NCBI GenBank assembly: GCA_010093705.1
Contig: MU006095.1
Span: 124,001 to 188,000 of the forward strand
Direction: 5' to 3'
Source of the DNA: Patellaria atrata CBS 101060
Taxonomy: Eukaryota
Length of the DNA: 64,000 nucleotides
Shown here: piece after piece, positions 37,225-50,542 of the stretch
Layout: every line of letters begins with the position of its first letter
Position numbering within the stretch: the stretch's first letter is position 1
Program-made: the position numbers and the translations under genes
Notes under the pieces: generated by a model
What the model saw: only the letters and a program-made list of their open reading frames with translations
Database searches by the model: none
What the model was told of the DNA's origin: nothing

Positions 37225-38240
37225 GCCCCTTGGTACGGTTGGATCCTCTTCCGCATATCGGAAACAGAAAACCCCCCCTTCCCCCCCAGAAAAAAAAAAA
37301 ATTCCTCTGTGAAGTCGTACAGATTTCAATCTGACATCAATTTCCTTTTCAAAAAGTCGAGCGGGGCGTATCGGAGCTTGCTCAATTTTGCGAGTCCCAT
37401 CGGAACGCTATGCTCACGACCCTCTTACTTTCCCTTCTATCGTGTCTTCTACCCAAATATTTCAGGCGGCCTCGATTGTCTTCGATTTTAGCCCTCTTCC
37501 GGAAAATAGGATTATGAGCGGTTTCTGAGGAGAGGACTTGGTTATTTGCCTTTACTCGGTTATCCCACACTCCCTCCTTTCATCTTTCGGTCCGTTCGTG
37601 CCCTGGCATCTGTTTCATACTTTCTCTATGCTATGCTACTTTTTTCTTTTTTGTTTTTCACTTTTATGAGAACTGTGTTTATATCGGATCGGTACGATTC
37701 TTTTTTTTTTTCTTTTTCTGTGTTATTGTTCATACCCCCCCCCTTCCAATCTTTTCTTCTTTATGTGGAGGAAAACTTTTCTTGAGTGATTGGGCTTGGT
37801 AGTTGCTCCTATCGGCAAATTGGCCTGTGATTTTTGTGGGTGCTGTGAGTATAACTTCATGCAGTGGAAGAGGTAGAATTTGAACTGAATGATGAGTGAA
37901 TTGAGATTTCTATTGGGTTGGTGTGAGATGGTGATGTGATGTTTTTGGTGACTTCGTGTTCACCCCTGCGAGTCAGGCACGTCTGGTGTGAGCACCTGGT
38001 GACAACTCGCACAGTACACTGGCTGTACAGTACATGTCCAACAGATACTCTTCCCCGTTATTTCGACCAAGCTATATTCCGTAAGGTACCGTACATATTT
38101 TCATTGATACATTACTACATCTATCTAACCACCAGAGCTGCAAAATACAAACTACCTTACAGACCTCCACCGTGACATCCATAGATGTGGGTAGAACCCT
38201 CTCTACCTTGGTACACACAACCACCTCCCGTCACCTTACA

Positions 38241-38336
38241 CAACCATCACAACCACCACAACCACCACAATCACCACAACCACCACAACCACCACAACCA
38301 CCACAACCACCACAACCACCACAACCACCACAACCA
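38241..38336. repeat. 9-bp tandem repeat (CAACCACCA) x ~10.7
   Basis: Direct reading; two units carry a single C>T change. Confidence 0.95.
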
Positions 38337-39325
38337 GGTAGAACTACATCAGATCCCCGACGGGAAAACGTCATAAACGCATTGCTTTGCGATCGCTTGA
38401 TAGTAAGTAAAGGGGTCATTGACGCGATTATCTGAGATTGTCGAGAATGGGATGGATTTACGTGCGGGAAGGAGTGAATATGTGGTTATCCAGAATCGCG
38501 AGTGAAAATATCATCAAGTTCCAGTTCTACTCGCGATGAGATGGGAAGAGAGGAGCAGAGAACGTGAGCGTTGACGACTCGTTTTGGAAACAGTTTGCTT
38601 CAGAGATTATCTCCATACTTTACAGTATAGAGAGAGAATGAGTCGTATTTATGCTGTCTCTATGCAGGTAACGACAGGTGTATGAAGATTTTCTCACGAG
38701 TTTGTGTCAAGTGCAAGTGTACCTAGGATGGCGTTGATGGAATGACAGCTGGAGTTGCTGGACCTTTAGAGTTGGCGAGCTACTGCACATGCGTCGATCT
38801 CATGTCCTATGTGCTGCATGTAAATGAAACCGTTAGCAACGCTTAAAGAAATGAACGATTGGTATTCAAAACGGCTCGGCTGAGGGGAATCTTGGGAGAT
38901 TTGCTTGTGAGAGATGCTGTATCCCAGCTCATAGAGCAAGCGATGTGATGGGAGGTTGCTGACCGCCAACGAGGGGCAAAGCAATCCAAGCATATGAAGG
39001 GCGGCACCAGGCGGATAGTTCAATACTAGTTATAGTTTTAGATGATTAGTAGATCTGCTTTTGTATCATCATACCCCAATATCAACTAGATCGTCGAGGC
39101 AACTGCTATCTCCTCCTAACGAATCGTAGTTGGGGAGCTTGAAGGGTACAAGAGTACCTCAAACCAGAGGATGGAGTAGTCAAGTTCTCTTGTTCCTCTA
39201 CTTACTTTAGGTTAACTTCAAGACCTTCCCTCTGCATGTTTCAGTTCGGGCAGAAGAGGTAAATGTGTTTTCATCTCGTTGTTTGTTCTTTAATACCTCA
39301 AGCCTTGACTATTTCGTCCGTGGCT

Positions 39326-40776
39326 ATGGCCTCATCGCACCCGCCCCATTTGGACTCCTCTGATAAGGCATCTGACGAACAAGTCGCCCCTTCCCTAAAG
39401 GACAATCACAACGAGGAAGCCTTGGAAAATCAGGCCACTCAATATGAGGCCATCAACATATCCGTCATCGATGAGGAGGGGAGACGCGCCAGTCTCCAAG
39501 AGACTTCAACCGTTGGTTCCACATCTTCGTCATCTTCGTCATCTTCATCATCCTCATCCTCCACCCAGGGCTGTGAATCTCGAAGCTCAATGTCGTGGTC
39601 TTCTTCTGTATCCACAACTTTCACCTCAATCTTCTCTCACAGCAGCTCGGAAGAACACTTTGACCACGCAGATCCACTGACACGGTACCCCTCATCCCGT
39701 ATTCCCCTATCGATTCGCCAACGATGCGATGACATTCGGTCAACTTTGCGTCCGAAAACGCGGCATTCCATGTCTGCGAGCTCTGACCTTCTCCTCGTTG
39801 GGTCTTCCCAGATGTTAGACTCCGGTACGCTGTGGAACGCAAAGCACAAAAGAAGCCGGAGCTTCCTGTCAATCTTCAAAAGGGAGCAGAGGTAAAGAAG
39901 CTCCCGCTTGCAGACCGACGTTTTGAATTCGTTTCAATTCTCACACATTCTTTTTGATCCAGACCGTCAGAGAAGGAGGAGGCTTCGATGGGGGGAAAGA
40001 ACGATCTGCTCCAGATCAGGGTACGCCCACATAGTGTGAGCCACACCCGCTCCTTCCCACTAGCCACACCTCGGCATCACGATCACCTCCGCCCTCCCTC
40101 CACTTTATTCAAACCCGCTTTTCGTGATCTGAGACTCGAGTACGAGGATGAGGTTCAACGCATCGCCGTCTTCGAGACAAACCAGAAAGTCGCCCTCCTC
40201 GCTCACCATGACGCCTCGATAGCACGTTTGCGAGAAACCCAGCGCAAGGCTCGGGAAGAATTGACTGTCCGACAGTCCGAAGCGATGGAGAGGCTCGAGG
40301 AACGATTGTTGGCGCAAGAGCTCGATCAAGTGAAGGCCCAGGATGAGGAGCGTGCGAACGGCGAGACTGCACTGAAGCACATGTCGGCTTACTGCTGTTC
40401 GTCTGGGGATGATGGCCGTGAGGTCACCGCGAAAGATTTGAGGAAGCTCAAGTGGCAACAGCACAGGCAGGATCAGCTGGAACATACCCATCGTGCGGCG
40501 ATCAATGTCTTAAGGGGCTTGCAGGAAAAGACGATCAAGCAGCGGGAACGGAAACATGAGAATGAGATGGGAGAGTTGGCAGAAGCGCAGGTGAAGGAGG
40601 TTGATGAGAAGAGGAGGGAGTTTGAAGGTGAGATCAGGAAGTTCGAGAAGATGATGGAGCAGAGGAGAAGAAGGGCAGCGGAGAGGTGGGAGAAAAAGGT
40701 CAGACTTCGTGCCATTGAGGAAGGGTTCGAGGAGAAAGACTTGGAGCTGCCTCAATTACAACGTCTGGCTGTTTAG
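39326..40776 (+). CDS. Hypothetical protein: Ser-rich N-terminus plus long C-terminal coiled coil; intron 39892-39962
   Basis: A GTAAAG...CTCAC...CAG intron joins ORFs 39263..39895 and 39988..40776 in frame. ALKHMSAYC...REVT...AINVLR resembles, from memory, the C-terminus of fungal IBR-domain proteins. Confidence 0.65.
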
Positions 40777-41644
40777 AGAGGAATCATTCACACGAAAGGA
40801 GGGGGATGCCGCGATATCCCAATGTCACGGGCTGCGGCACAGCGCTACATCGTCGATTCAAGGGGTTTTGCTTTTGGGGAGGCACAAATCTTTATCACAT
40901 CTGCAAGGCGCTGGTGGAGAATTTTCTTTCTGCTTCGCGACAATCAATGTCACTGCGTCATCTGGGGAGTCTTCTTTTGCAGTTATGGTCATGTTTGCTG
41001 ATATCTATACCCATTGTATTTTATACAAGATTTAAAGTAGTGCTAATGGCAAATTTAGTTTCGTTCGAAGTTTTCTATTCCTGATAGTGGTTTTGATGTG
41101 ATAGTCAGGGAAGTCTGATCCGATGGAAGGTTGTATGGTTTCATCCGAGGAGAGCATGGGGAGCCAACTGGATGAGGTGGTCGGTCGTGTATGGTGGTGG
41201 AATAGGCAGGTACTGCCGGCTTAGAAGGGACGTGAGGAGGTCGTGCTTGTACTGTACAACTACCTAGAACTGACTTGGGTTATCCAATTCTCGACTGATG
41301 CTAAGGTAGTCCTCGTTTTCCCTTTTCTTCTATACCTCATCCATCTTACCGCCTAATCTTAACTCAAACTTCTCGTCATCCACCCAATTCCATAAAGGGG
41401 TTTTGTAGAAATCTCTCTGTCAAAGAAATTCAACATATTCCATTTTACACTTCCCCTTACTCATATCCTAGAGTCACCATAATAAACAAGTAAAGAACAA
41501 GTAAAGATGAATGAACAAAGACAGTCTTCCACTTTCCCCCCCCCCCCCCTCACGGCAAGAATAGTCACATGCCAAGAACAAGGAACAAAGACATTCCATC
41601 TTTTTATATTTATGTATTTCTACTCTAAGATCACCCATCGTCCT

Positions 41645-42615
41645 NNNNNNNNNNNNNNNNNNNNNNNNNNNNNNNNNNNNNNNNNNNNNNNNNNNNNNNN
41701 NNNNNNNNNNNNNNNNNNNNNNNNNNNNNNNNNNNNNNNNNNNNNNNNNNNNNNNNNNNNNNNNNNNNNNNNNNNNNNNNNNNNNNNNNNNNNNNNNNNN
41801 NNNNNNNNNNNNNNNNNNNNNNNNNNNNNNNNNNNNNNNNNNNNNNNNNNNNNNNNNNNNNNNNNNNNNNNNNNNNNNNNNNNNNNNNNNNNNNNNNNNN
41901 NNNNNNNNNNNNNNNNNNNNNNNNNNNNNNNNNNNNNNNNNNNNNNNNNNNNNNNNNNNNNNNNNNNNNNNNNNNNNNNNNNNNNNNNNNNNNNNNNNNN
42001 NNNNNNNNNNNNNNNNNNNNNNNNNNNNNNNNNNNNNNNNNNNNNNNNNNNNNNNNNNNNNNNNNNNNNNNNNNNNNNNNNNNNNNNNNNNNNNNNNNNN
42101 NNNNNNNNNNNNNNNNNNNNNNNNNNNNNNNNNNNNNNNNNNNNNNNNNNNNNNNNNNNNNNNNNNNNNNNNNNNNNNNNNNNNNNNNNNNNNNNNNNNN
42201 NNNNNNNNNNNNNNNNNNNNNNNNNNNNNNNNNNNNNNNNNNNNNNNNNNNNNNNNNNNNNNNNNNNNNNNNNNNNNNNNNNNNNNNNNNNNNNNNNNNN
42301 NNNNNNNNNNNNNNNNNNNNNNNNNNNNNNNNNNNNNNNNNNNNNNNNNNNNNNNNNNNNNNNNNNNNNNNNNNNNNNNNNNNNNNNNNNNNNNNNNNNN
42401 NNNNNNNNNNNNNNNNNNNNNNNNNNNNNNNNNNNNNNNNNNNNNNNNNNNNNNNNNNNNNNNNNNNNNNNNNNNNNNNNNNNNNNNNNNNNNNNNNNNN
42501 NNNNNNNNNNNNNNNNNNNNNNNNNNNNNNNNNNNNNNNNNNNNNNNNNNNNNNNNNNNNNNNNNNNNNNNNNNNNNNNNNNNNNNNNNNNNNNNNNNNN
42601 NNNNNNNNNNNNNNA
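41645..42615. other. Assembly gap (971 N)
   Basis: Run of N characters. Confidence 1.
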
Positions 42616-43100
42616 AAAAAAACCCCTCCTCCGGATATAAAGGACGTAAGCAGAGGGCAATAGGGGAGGAGGGTAGAGGGTAGTAGGAGTGGAGGGTAGG
42701 AGGGTAGTAAAAAGGGGGATATAAGAGGAGAGGATAGAGGAGTAAGGTAGTAAGATTTTCTACTCTCTTCTACTCTACTCTCCCTTACTCCTTACTCTAC
42801 TCTACTAGGAAGGGATAGAGTAGCAAAGGAAAGAGTAGTAAAGGGGGGAGTAGTGAGAAGGAGAGTAGTAGAGAGAAAGTAGTAAAGAGGAGGATAATAG
42901 GGGGAAGGGTAATAGGGAGGAGGATAGTAAGAGGGAGAGTATTATAAAATAGAGCAGTACGAGACAGAGTAAAAGGAGATAGAATAGGAGAGTAGGAGGG
43001 TAACAGCAGCGTAGGAGGGTAGGAGGGTAGTAAGAGATCCTTACTTAGTTTATAAGATTAGCCTTAACCCCCGGGATAGTATACCTAATATTATAAAGAA
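42616..43100. repeat. Purine-rich low-complexity, RIP-like repeat remnant containing a degenerate 15-bp array (~42818-42995)
   Basis: GAGTAGTAAAGRRRR-like units. TpA/TAG are abundant and CpA/TpG scarce; the tract abuts the gap. Confidence 0.65.
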
Positions 43101-45190
43101 GGCGAATATCCCTATATCGATACCAACCCTTTCCAATGTAATATACCGTTGTCCACCGAAGGGTGGGTTCAGTTTAAGGAATTGAGCGTCCGTTCCCGTT
43201 TAAATCGATGACACCATGCTTTTAGAGCCTATAGTCCTCGAATTCCCTTTTTCAATGACTTGTTTTGCCCTGATTTTTAGAGCTGGATATGGATACTTAA
43301 GAGACTGAACCTACTGAACCGCTTCGGAATCATATGAAATTGAACATGTAGATGATATACTGCGTCATGTAAATACGTAGGACTGTGTGATGTAACGGCG
43401 GTTTTAAGAAAATGTAAGATTTATCAAGATAGTTAGGATGTACAAACCAACTCCCCAACGCATCAAAACAAACTCTTAGGGGTAATCAAAATTTTACACC
43501 TCAGCGAGGTAGATCATCCAGGCCCGCGAACTTATACTACTGGGGGAATTATACGGTTGACCAGACCCCCGTCAACGGAGCACCTATGCACTATACATTA
43601 GCGACATAAACCCAACTTCCCACCATCACGAAGACGGCCGACGTTAACGGGGGATTCGGTAAATATAAGTCTCTTCCCTCCCTCCTCCTTCAACCATCTC
43701 AAGGAATTCCTCCGACGGGACTCACTCAGCAGAAGCGGACGAACGGGGATCAACGCCGCGCTCAGGCTCAAATTGCTCGGAAGATGCTGAGGAGGCTGCG
43801 AATCGCAGCTACCAACATTGCAAAGACTTGCCTCGGCCGTAGGGATTCATCTGAACTAAAGAGGCGGAGGCGGTGGAGGGGTTGTTGGATATAGGGTGGA
43901 CGTGTAAAGGGGTTACCTGCATGTGGGAGAAGAGATTTTTGATTACCTTGGGAATGCGGGTATAGATTCTGAAAAGGGATATCACGCGCTTGTATCCGAT
44001 GTTGGGATTTTATATCGAGGTGGAAACTGTACGATCGACTTCGTGTACGGAGCGGGGGAAGTGAACGAGGATTGCGGAGGTAAGAACACATCTCGTACAA
44101 GCCAGGAAGGGATGAAGAAAGAGGATCTCCGAATCTGACATTAGGGGGATGTTTCTACCGCTACCTCAATTGTTATGGATTTATGTGTTGTTTTTGACGT
44201 CTGTGTAAGCGGTCACAAGATCCCAGACTCGGGTAGTAATAAGATAGAGTCCTGATTCATAGATTTACGGCGTTTGAGAGATGATCTAGGAGTTGAGGGT
44301 AGATATAGACAACCCCATTAAGCACCACTATTATCACACCAGCGTCATCATGATTCTTATCTGATGGTGCACAACCGCGAGCCTCTTGTACGCGCTCCTG
44401 ATATCTGTTATCGAAGTGTTCATTCGTAGAACGATGAAAAGAGGAGAAACCGCGAGGAGGAACGGATATAAAAGGAACAGAAGCAAGCTCGCGAACGTAG
44501 GAATAACAACGGACCGCTCTTCTAGAGCATCAATGCCGTCTCCTCGACGGCGAAATCGGATTCCCGTACGATGGGTCTACATCAATACGCAATGATCTAT
44601 ATACTGTACTACAGGGGGAGGATTATGCTTCGTACGTTGCGTGTATTTATGAATGGATTTCCGACTCCACCGTATGCGATGAGCAACTCGTACAAAATAT
44701 CATGGTCAAAGTGACGTATTCTTTTGAAACCGATTGAACAAAGCATGACGTTTGACGCGACAAGTACGAGCGGAGTGAAGAACCAATGAAAGAGACTAAG
44801 GGGGTAGTTGAATAGCCAGCTAGACCGAGAAATTTTTCAGTGGAGTTTCTCATAACAGTACACAGGGGAGAACAGGGTAGTAGTGAAAAGACTTCAATGC
44901 ACGCACAAGGACTATTATATCACTCACCGATCTCTTCTTACCTAATAATAGCCGTTAAGAATGGGTTGGTAACGAATTGATTCCAGCAAGAGACACTCAA
45001 AATCCACACCGCCTGGAAGAGACGAGAATTAGAATATTCATGCCTATCATCTACCCTAACCCCTCCGCCGAAGCGCCCTCCAACTGAATATCATACAAAG
45101 TAAAGGATAAAAAGTAAACTGCATCGAAACCAACCCCTATCACTATTTTATTCCCACACATGCTTTTCTATCCCTACCATCATGGTTCCA

Positions 45191-48100
45191 TTACTCTCCC
45201 TTCGTGGCCTGTTTAGCCTCGCTCGCTGGTCTCGGGCTTCCCTTCCCAGATTCCACACTCTCTTCAGCTTGCAAATCGGCCCCAACCTCAGCGGTCGGTG
45301 GAGAATCCGATTTCTCCTCATCCTCATCATCTGATCTAGCCGTCTCCGGGTTTCTACCCTCTACGTCCGGATGCGGGGGTGCGACACCCTCGACAATATG
45401 TCCATTAGGTCCGTCACCTGAGTCAACAACTTCTTCATGGATGGGATTACCCTGAGCATCAATGATGCGGGTGCGCGTCTCATAGCGCGTCTTGAACGAG
45501 ACCTTACCTTGAAGAGCGGAGACCTGCTCTTCATCGAGTACATTGCCGTGTTCGTCACGGTATTCGACCTTCTCCTCACGACCGAGGATTTGTTGACCGG
45601 GAGGAAGGTTAGCTGCAGGGCCACCGACACCACCCGCGGGTGGTTGTGGAGTTACGGCAGAGTCGTCCTCTCCAGCTTGAGCTGGGTTCTGTTTGCCAGG
45701 AATAGCAGGCGCTTTCGATGTAGGAACAGCCCCAGCTGTAGAGGGTTTAATGTTCGAGTAGTCCTCGTACTGAGATAGAAGGTTAGCAATCGCTATATGT
45801 GATTGAAATGTCCAGGTGACTTACAGTATTCAAGAAATTATTGCAGTCCCAGTCCCATGTATCAAAGAGCTTGACTTTCTTACAGGAATCCTTGGTCCAT
45901 TGATTTCCATATGCGAGAGGTGCATAAAGAGAGAATGCAACGACACTGAGAGCTAAGAAGACAACTGCACCGGTCTGACCAATGACTGGGCGGGACTTCA
46001 ATCCAAATGTACCGAAACGGAATGAAACAAAATCGTAGATCTGGCACAATGCCATGATGGCAAAGTAGAGTGCTGGGAAATAATGATGAAGGAATAGCTG
46101 ACGTTGCATAAGGTAGAATGGGAAGTAGTGGAAGGCCCATGCAAGAACAGATGTGCCAACTTCATAATCGAAGCGCTTGAAGATGGAAGCATTGTAGTCC
46201 TTATAACCACGTTGCCATCGAATAACTGCTAGACCCTTAACAACTAGGTAGATGGCGATTGCGACAGTAGAAGACCACCAGATCACTGGATTACCGATGA
46301 GATAGATCTGACGGTGATCCTTACCCCAGAAGTTGATACCACGGCGAAGAACAGGCCAGGATGGGGGTCGAGAATCCCAGGCGTGAGATTCAACCAAACC
46401 AGCATTCGTCTTCCACATGACCTTTTGGAGTTCCCAAAATTTGCCAAAGAAACCAGGATTTCTGTAATTGACTTTCTCCGCGTCTTCTTTAAGCATCGGG
46501 TGAGTATTCGACTCAACGTACCAGACACTGTTTGGTAAAGATCCCCCCTTAGCGCAAGTAACTTCCTGTTGCTCGAAACCCCATTCCGGGAGTTTCACTT
46601 TATGGGAGAAAAGAACACATCCAGTCATGAGATGGATAAGCTTGAACTTGGATTGGATAGTCCGAAGGTGTGTCTTTGCTTTTGCCCCTTCAGATAGTGA
46701 CTTGACAATTTCTATTCTGAACAGATCGTTGGCGTCACCCTCGAAACCTTCATATCCATATGCAGAAACTTCGTTTTGCCAGTCCGCCTCTGTAATCGGA
46801 GGACGTACATCGTGTGAATGAATCCGGCGGTCAGTGGTCAAATGGTAGAGCCTGATCACGGCACCGTCCTCAATTAGCACTGGCTCGAGATTGTCCCATG
46901 CTTTCGGCCCTTCAATTTTGGTACCCTCGGGGAATTCTGGCTGGGTCTGATTTTCGACTAGGAAAATATTGTTCTCGTCCTTGTGTGGGTATAGAGTGAC
47001 TTGTTGTTGCTTGCTGCCAGTAGGATACATATGTTGATGAGAGTGAAGATAGCCACCTTGGGTATTGTGGTGACGGATAGAAATCCTGCTTCCATACGCA
47101 ATATCTGCGGGGACATCTTGCATACCTTTAGAATTCAATGTGGCTTGGAATTCGGAAGACATGAAACCATCACCTTCACCTGGATTGACTAGGCAAAGGA
47201 AGTGTATACCAAACATCATCATGTAGAAGCCTACTGGTATGACGATTAGACAGAAGACACGTGCGAAGAAGTGTTTGAACCATAATCTCTGTGAACTTTT
47301 CAGTATCAATACATCTGAATATATGTGTTATGCGACGTACGGGTGTCACGGTTCTAGAATCTCCGAGTAGAACCCAGAGTTGAAGGATAGTCAAACTTCC
47401 AACCCACGCAATCGTGAATAACCCGACCCATTTAACGCTGGCAGTTGCACCTAGACCGAGACCAGTTGCGACGAGCCAGAACCACCAAGCAGGTGAGAAT
47501 GCCTTCGAAGGACCTTGCTCATTTTGATTGGTAAATGATGTCCATGCAAGTCCTGTGAGAGCAGTGAATATGACCAAAGGTGAGTCCAACAGAATGAGGC
47601 GGGATTGAGTAAGGAGACCATTCTCTATAGCTACGGTTAGTTATCAATACCTAGAAACGGATGTTGGGACTAACCGAAGATGATTAAACTTGCTCCAAGA
47701 GCAGCAACAGTCGTACGACAGCCCGCTGCCTTCAAAGTCAGGAACATAGTAGGTATAGTTAAAATACCGCAGACTGCAGGTAACAATCGCATGGCCACAT
47801 AGGGTACTCCCGGCTCAAGATAATCCTTTCCAATCTCTTTGAAATCAAAGTTTCCATCGAAACCAGCCAAAAATCCAGCAAGTGTGATTAGAAGCTTAGC
47901 TAGGGGAGGATGCACGTCCATGAAGAATCTCCCTTTGATGTATTTTGTGGCAAATCCACCGAAACTATTCAAAACCAATGGTTAGTAGGGGTATTTTACG
48001 TGAACTGGTATGCCTTACTGGACTTCATCGAAGACGACACTGGTAGGCTGAGATAGTCTGAATAACCTGACAAGTGCCCCTATAAACGTGAGAATAGCAA

Positions 48101-48317
48101 CAAATGTCCAGTCAGAGCTTGGAAGTTCGAATATGTCATTGTCCTTGACGAGTTCCGAAGTATAGTCCTTATGCTTCGACTTTGGCGCAACCTGTCGACC
48201 ATTGGCGTTTTTGGCTCGATTAGGGGATCTAGCTGGAGACCTTGATGAAGATCTACCACCACGCCTTGCGCCAGCATTCTCTTGTAGATAAGGATTCGTT
48301 GGTGATGTTGGAGGCAT
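45191..48317 (-). CDS. PMT1: Dolichyl-phosphate-mannose protein O-mannosyltransferase, PMT1-type; four introns, last exon 45769-45191
   Basis: VVFDEVHFGGF (DE motif after splicing), DVHPPLAK, MIR domains (YLHSH, RIHSH, LFSH), RQLFLHHYFP and acidic tail REEKVEYRDEHGNVL. Confidence 0.92.
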
Positions 48318-48806
48318 GATTGCGCCTGAGTTGAGGGGTTCTATTCGATCGAATAAACTAAAGGAGCATATCCCAAAAAGTATCCCTGGTGTTGAAGGGT
48401 CTCTGAAAAGCTCCCAAGGTTCCTGCTGATTACAATAAAGTACCGAAGAGGGGTTAAAGGAAGAGAATCAGTATTAAAGAGTGTAAAGAAGACGTGTTCG
48501 AAAAAAGGTTTCGAATTGGTTCTGGCAGACTCAGCCCAGGGGGTTTGTTCGTATCTAACTTCGTGTGTGCTCCCTTGCGCGTTCACAAGCAAGATGGCCT
48601 TACAAAAATAGCAGCCACCAGGTCAGTACTAGCACTAAAAGGGGCTGCTCAACAACCGGGAAGTAGCCGGCGGCCGGAATATCTAATATACCGATATTGA
48701 ACTTTCAGATAGCAATGCGATCATTAGTTTACCATGATGTACACCATGTGAGAGTCTACACGTACATCTGAGTTGTCAAACAGCTCGGAGAAGCTGCCTT
48801 GCAGCT

Positions 48807-50171
48807 ATGGCGAACCAAGACTTAAAAGATGATTATGTTGCCGAACTTCTGAAAGAGGATGCCAAAAACATGTCCTTCAGATACACCCAAGTGGGGTTAC
48901 AGGCTTTTCTTCCTTCAAGGTAAGGTCTGGCAGTAGAATTGTTGGTTGTCCATTCTAATGATATTTGCAGACCGACTACTCGAGCTCCAAAACCGAACAC
49001 CAGATTTCTCAGAAACATCATTCGAGAGACTGATAATCATAATTCCGCACTGCTTGCGAAAGAAGCGCAAGAGTCCAGAACAAAATTGAGAGACTTGGGC
49101 ATTCATCCGAGTTCTCGGCCAAAACACAGCGATAGTTATTACAATGACCGCTCTGGACCCAAAAAGCGTCGTCGGGCAGACGAGGACGATACGGACGATC
49201 GGGACAGTCGCGACTGCAAGAGAAGTTCAAGGTTCTATAAGAGCCGTAGATTGCGCTCTCCAGATAAGTCTGAACGATCTTCTCGCGACAGGGTTCGTCG
49301 TCGGGACAAAGACTGGAGGAGGCGCGATTACAGTGAGACCGAGGATGACTATCATGAAAGTCATAGACGTTCGAGACGACATCATAGAAGCAAGAAAGAT
49401 TCAAGCGAGGGTAGAAGTCGGAGCAGGAGTAGGTCCTCAGAAAGACGTAGGGATCGACGACACCGGAGCAAGCGGCACAGGAGTGTTTCAGAGAATTCGA
49501 CTAAAGATCGAGGGTCACATAGGGTGCGTAAGCGGAGACCTACGCCGGAATGTTCACATTCGAGATCAAGGACAAGATCAAGGTCTATATCTAGAGCAAG
49601 CCCACATCGCAAGTCTCATCGAAGAAGGCGATCAAGGACACGTTCAAGAAGTACCTCGCCCAACGCTCACAAAAACCTTTACTCTGGAGATGGGGAGGTA
49701 TCAAGACTGACCCCACGTAGCACTCAATTAGCTGCACCCACGTCTAATGCATCTGATTCGGATCCTCTCGAAGCTATCGTAGGTCCTTTGCCACATTCGC
49801 CAGGACCAGTTGTCCGCTCCCGAGGTCGTGGCGTGTTCAAATCATCCTTAGGTATGGACGCTCGTTTTGCACAAGACTATGACCCTACGTTAGATGTGCG
49901 TCCTGATTCGGATCTGGAGGGTGATTGGGACCAAGCGGTAGAAGCATATCGGGACCGGCAAAGATGGAAGCAGCAAGGTGCTGAAAGGCTAAGGGCGGCT
50001 GGGTTCAGCGAAGGCGAGGTGAAGCGGTGGGGGAAAGGTGGAGAGAAAAATGAGGAAGATGTGAGATGGGCTAAGACTGGAGAGGGAAGGGAATGGGATC
50101 GTGGTAAAGTTATAAATGATGAAGGCCACATTGAACTCAAACCTGAATGGGGAAGAATCAAGGGAACGTGA
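48807..50171 (+). CDS. Conserved fungal RS/Arg-rich protein (putative splicing-associated); intron 48920-48970
   Basis: DDYVAELLKEDA, PKPNTRFLRNIIRETDNHN, an RS-dipeptide-rich middle and C-terminal WAKTGEGREWDRGK. Confidence 0.8.
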
Positions 50172-50542
50172 TCATCATATAGACTTGATGTGTGTCTCAC
50201 TGACATTCTTTTGGCACTGTTCTAAAACTGGGTCAATTTTGGTTACAATATTCTATGTAGAGTACCATTGGTGAGAGAGTAGAATTGATGATCTTGATAA
50301 GATAATAACTTGATCCGAAGAAATGGCACGTGACGTCGGAAAAACGCCGCTCCCACAGTTCGCTAAGCGAGATCCCAGCCAAGCACCGAAATTTGGACGA
50401 CGAGCAACTTGAACAATCAGAGACGACGACAACCTACGACCAACCCCTCGAACCTCTACAATTCCACAGGTACATCTCTAAGACTCTTCAAGAATTTGAT
50501 TCAAGAAACTAACAGAGTGTTTATTGCAGTTCCTAGCCTACA

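Noticed and set aside
41507..42660. Two long ORFs (377 and 346 aa) spanning the N run
   Set aside because: Artefacts of translating the assembly gap.
43600..44140. Short overlapping ORFs right of the gap
   Set aside because: No recognisable motifs or consistent splice model.
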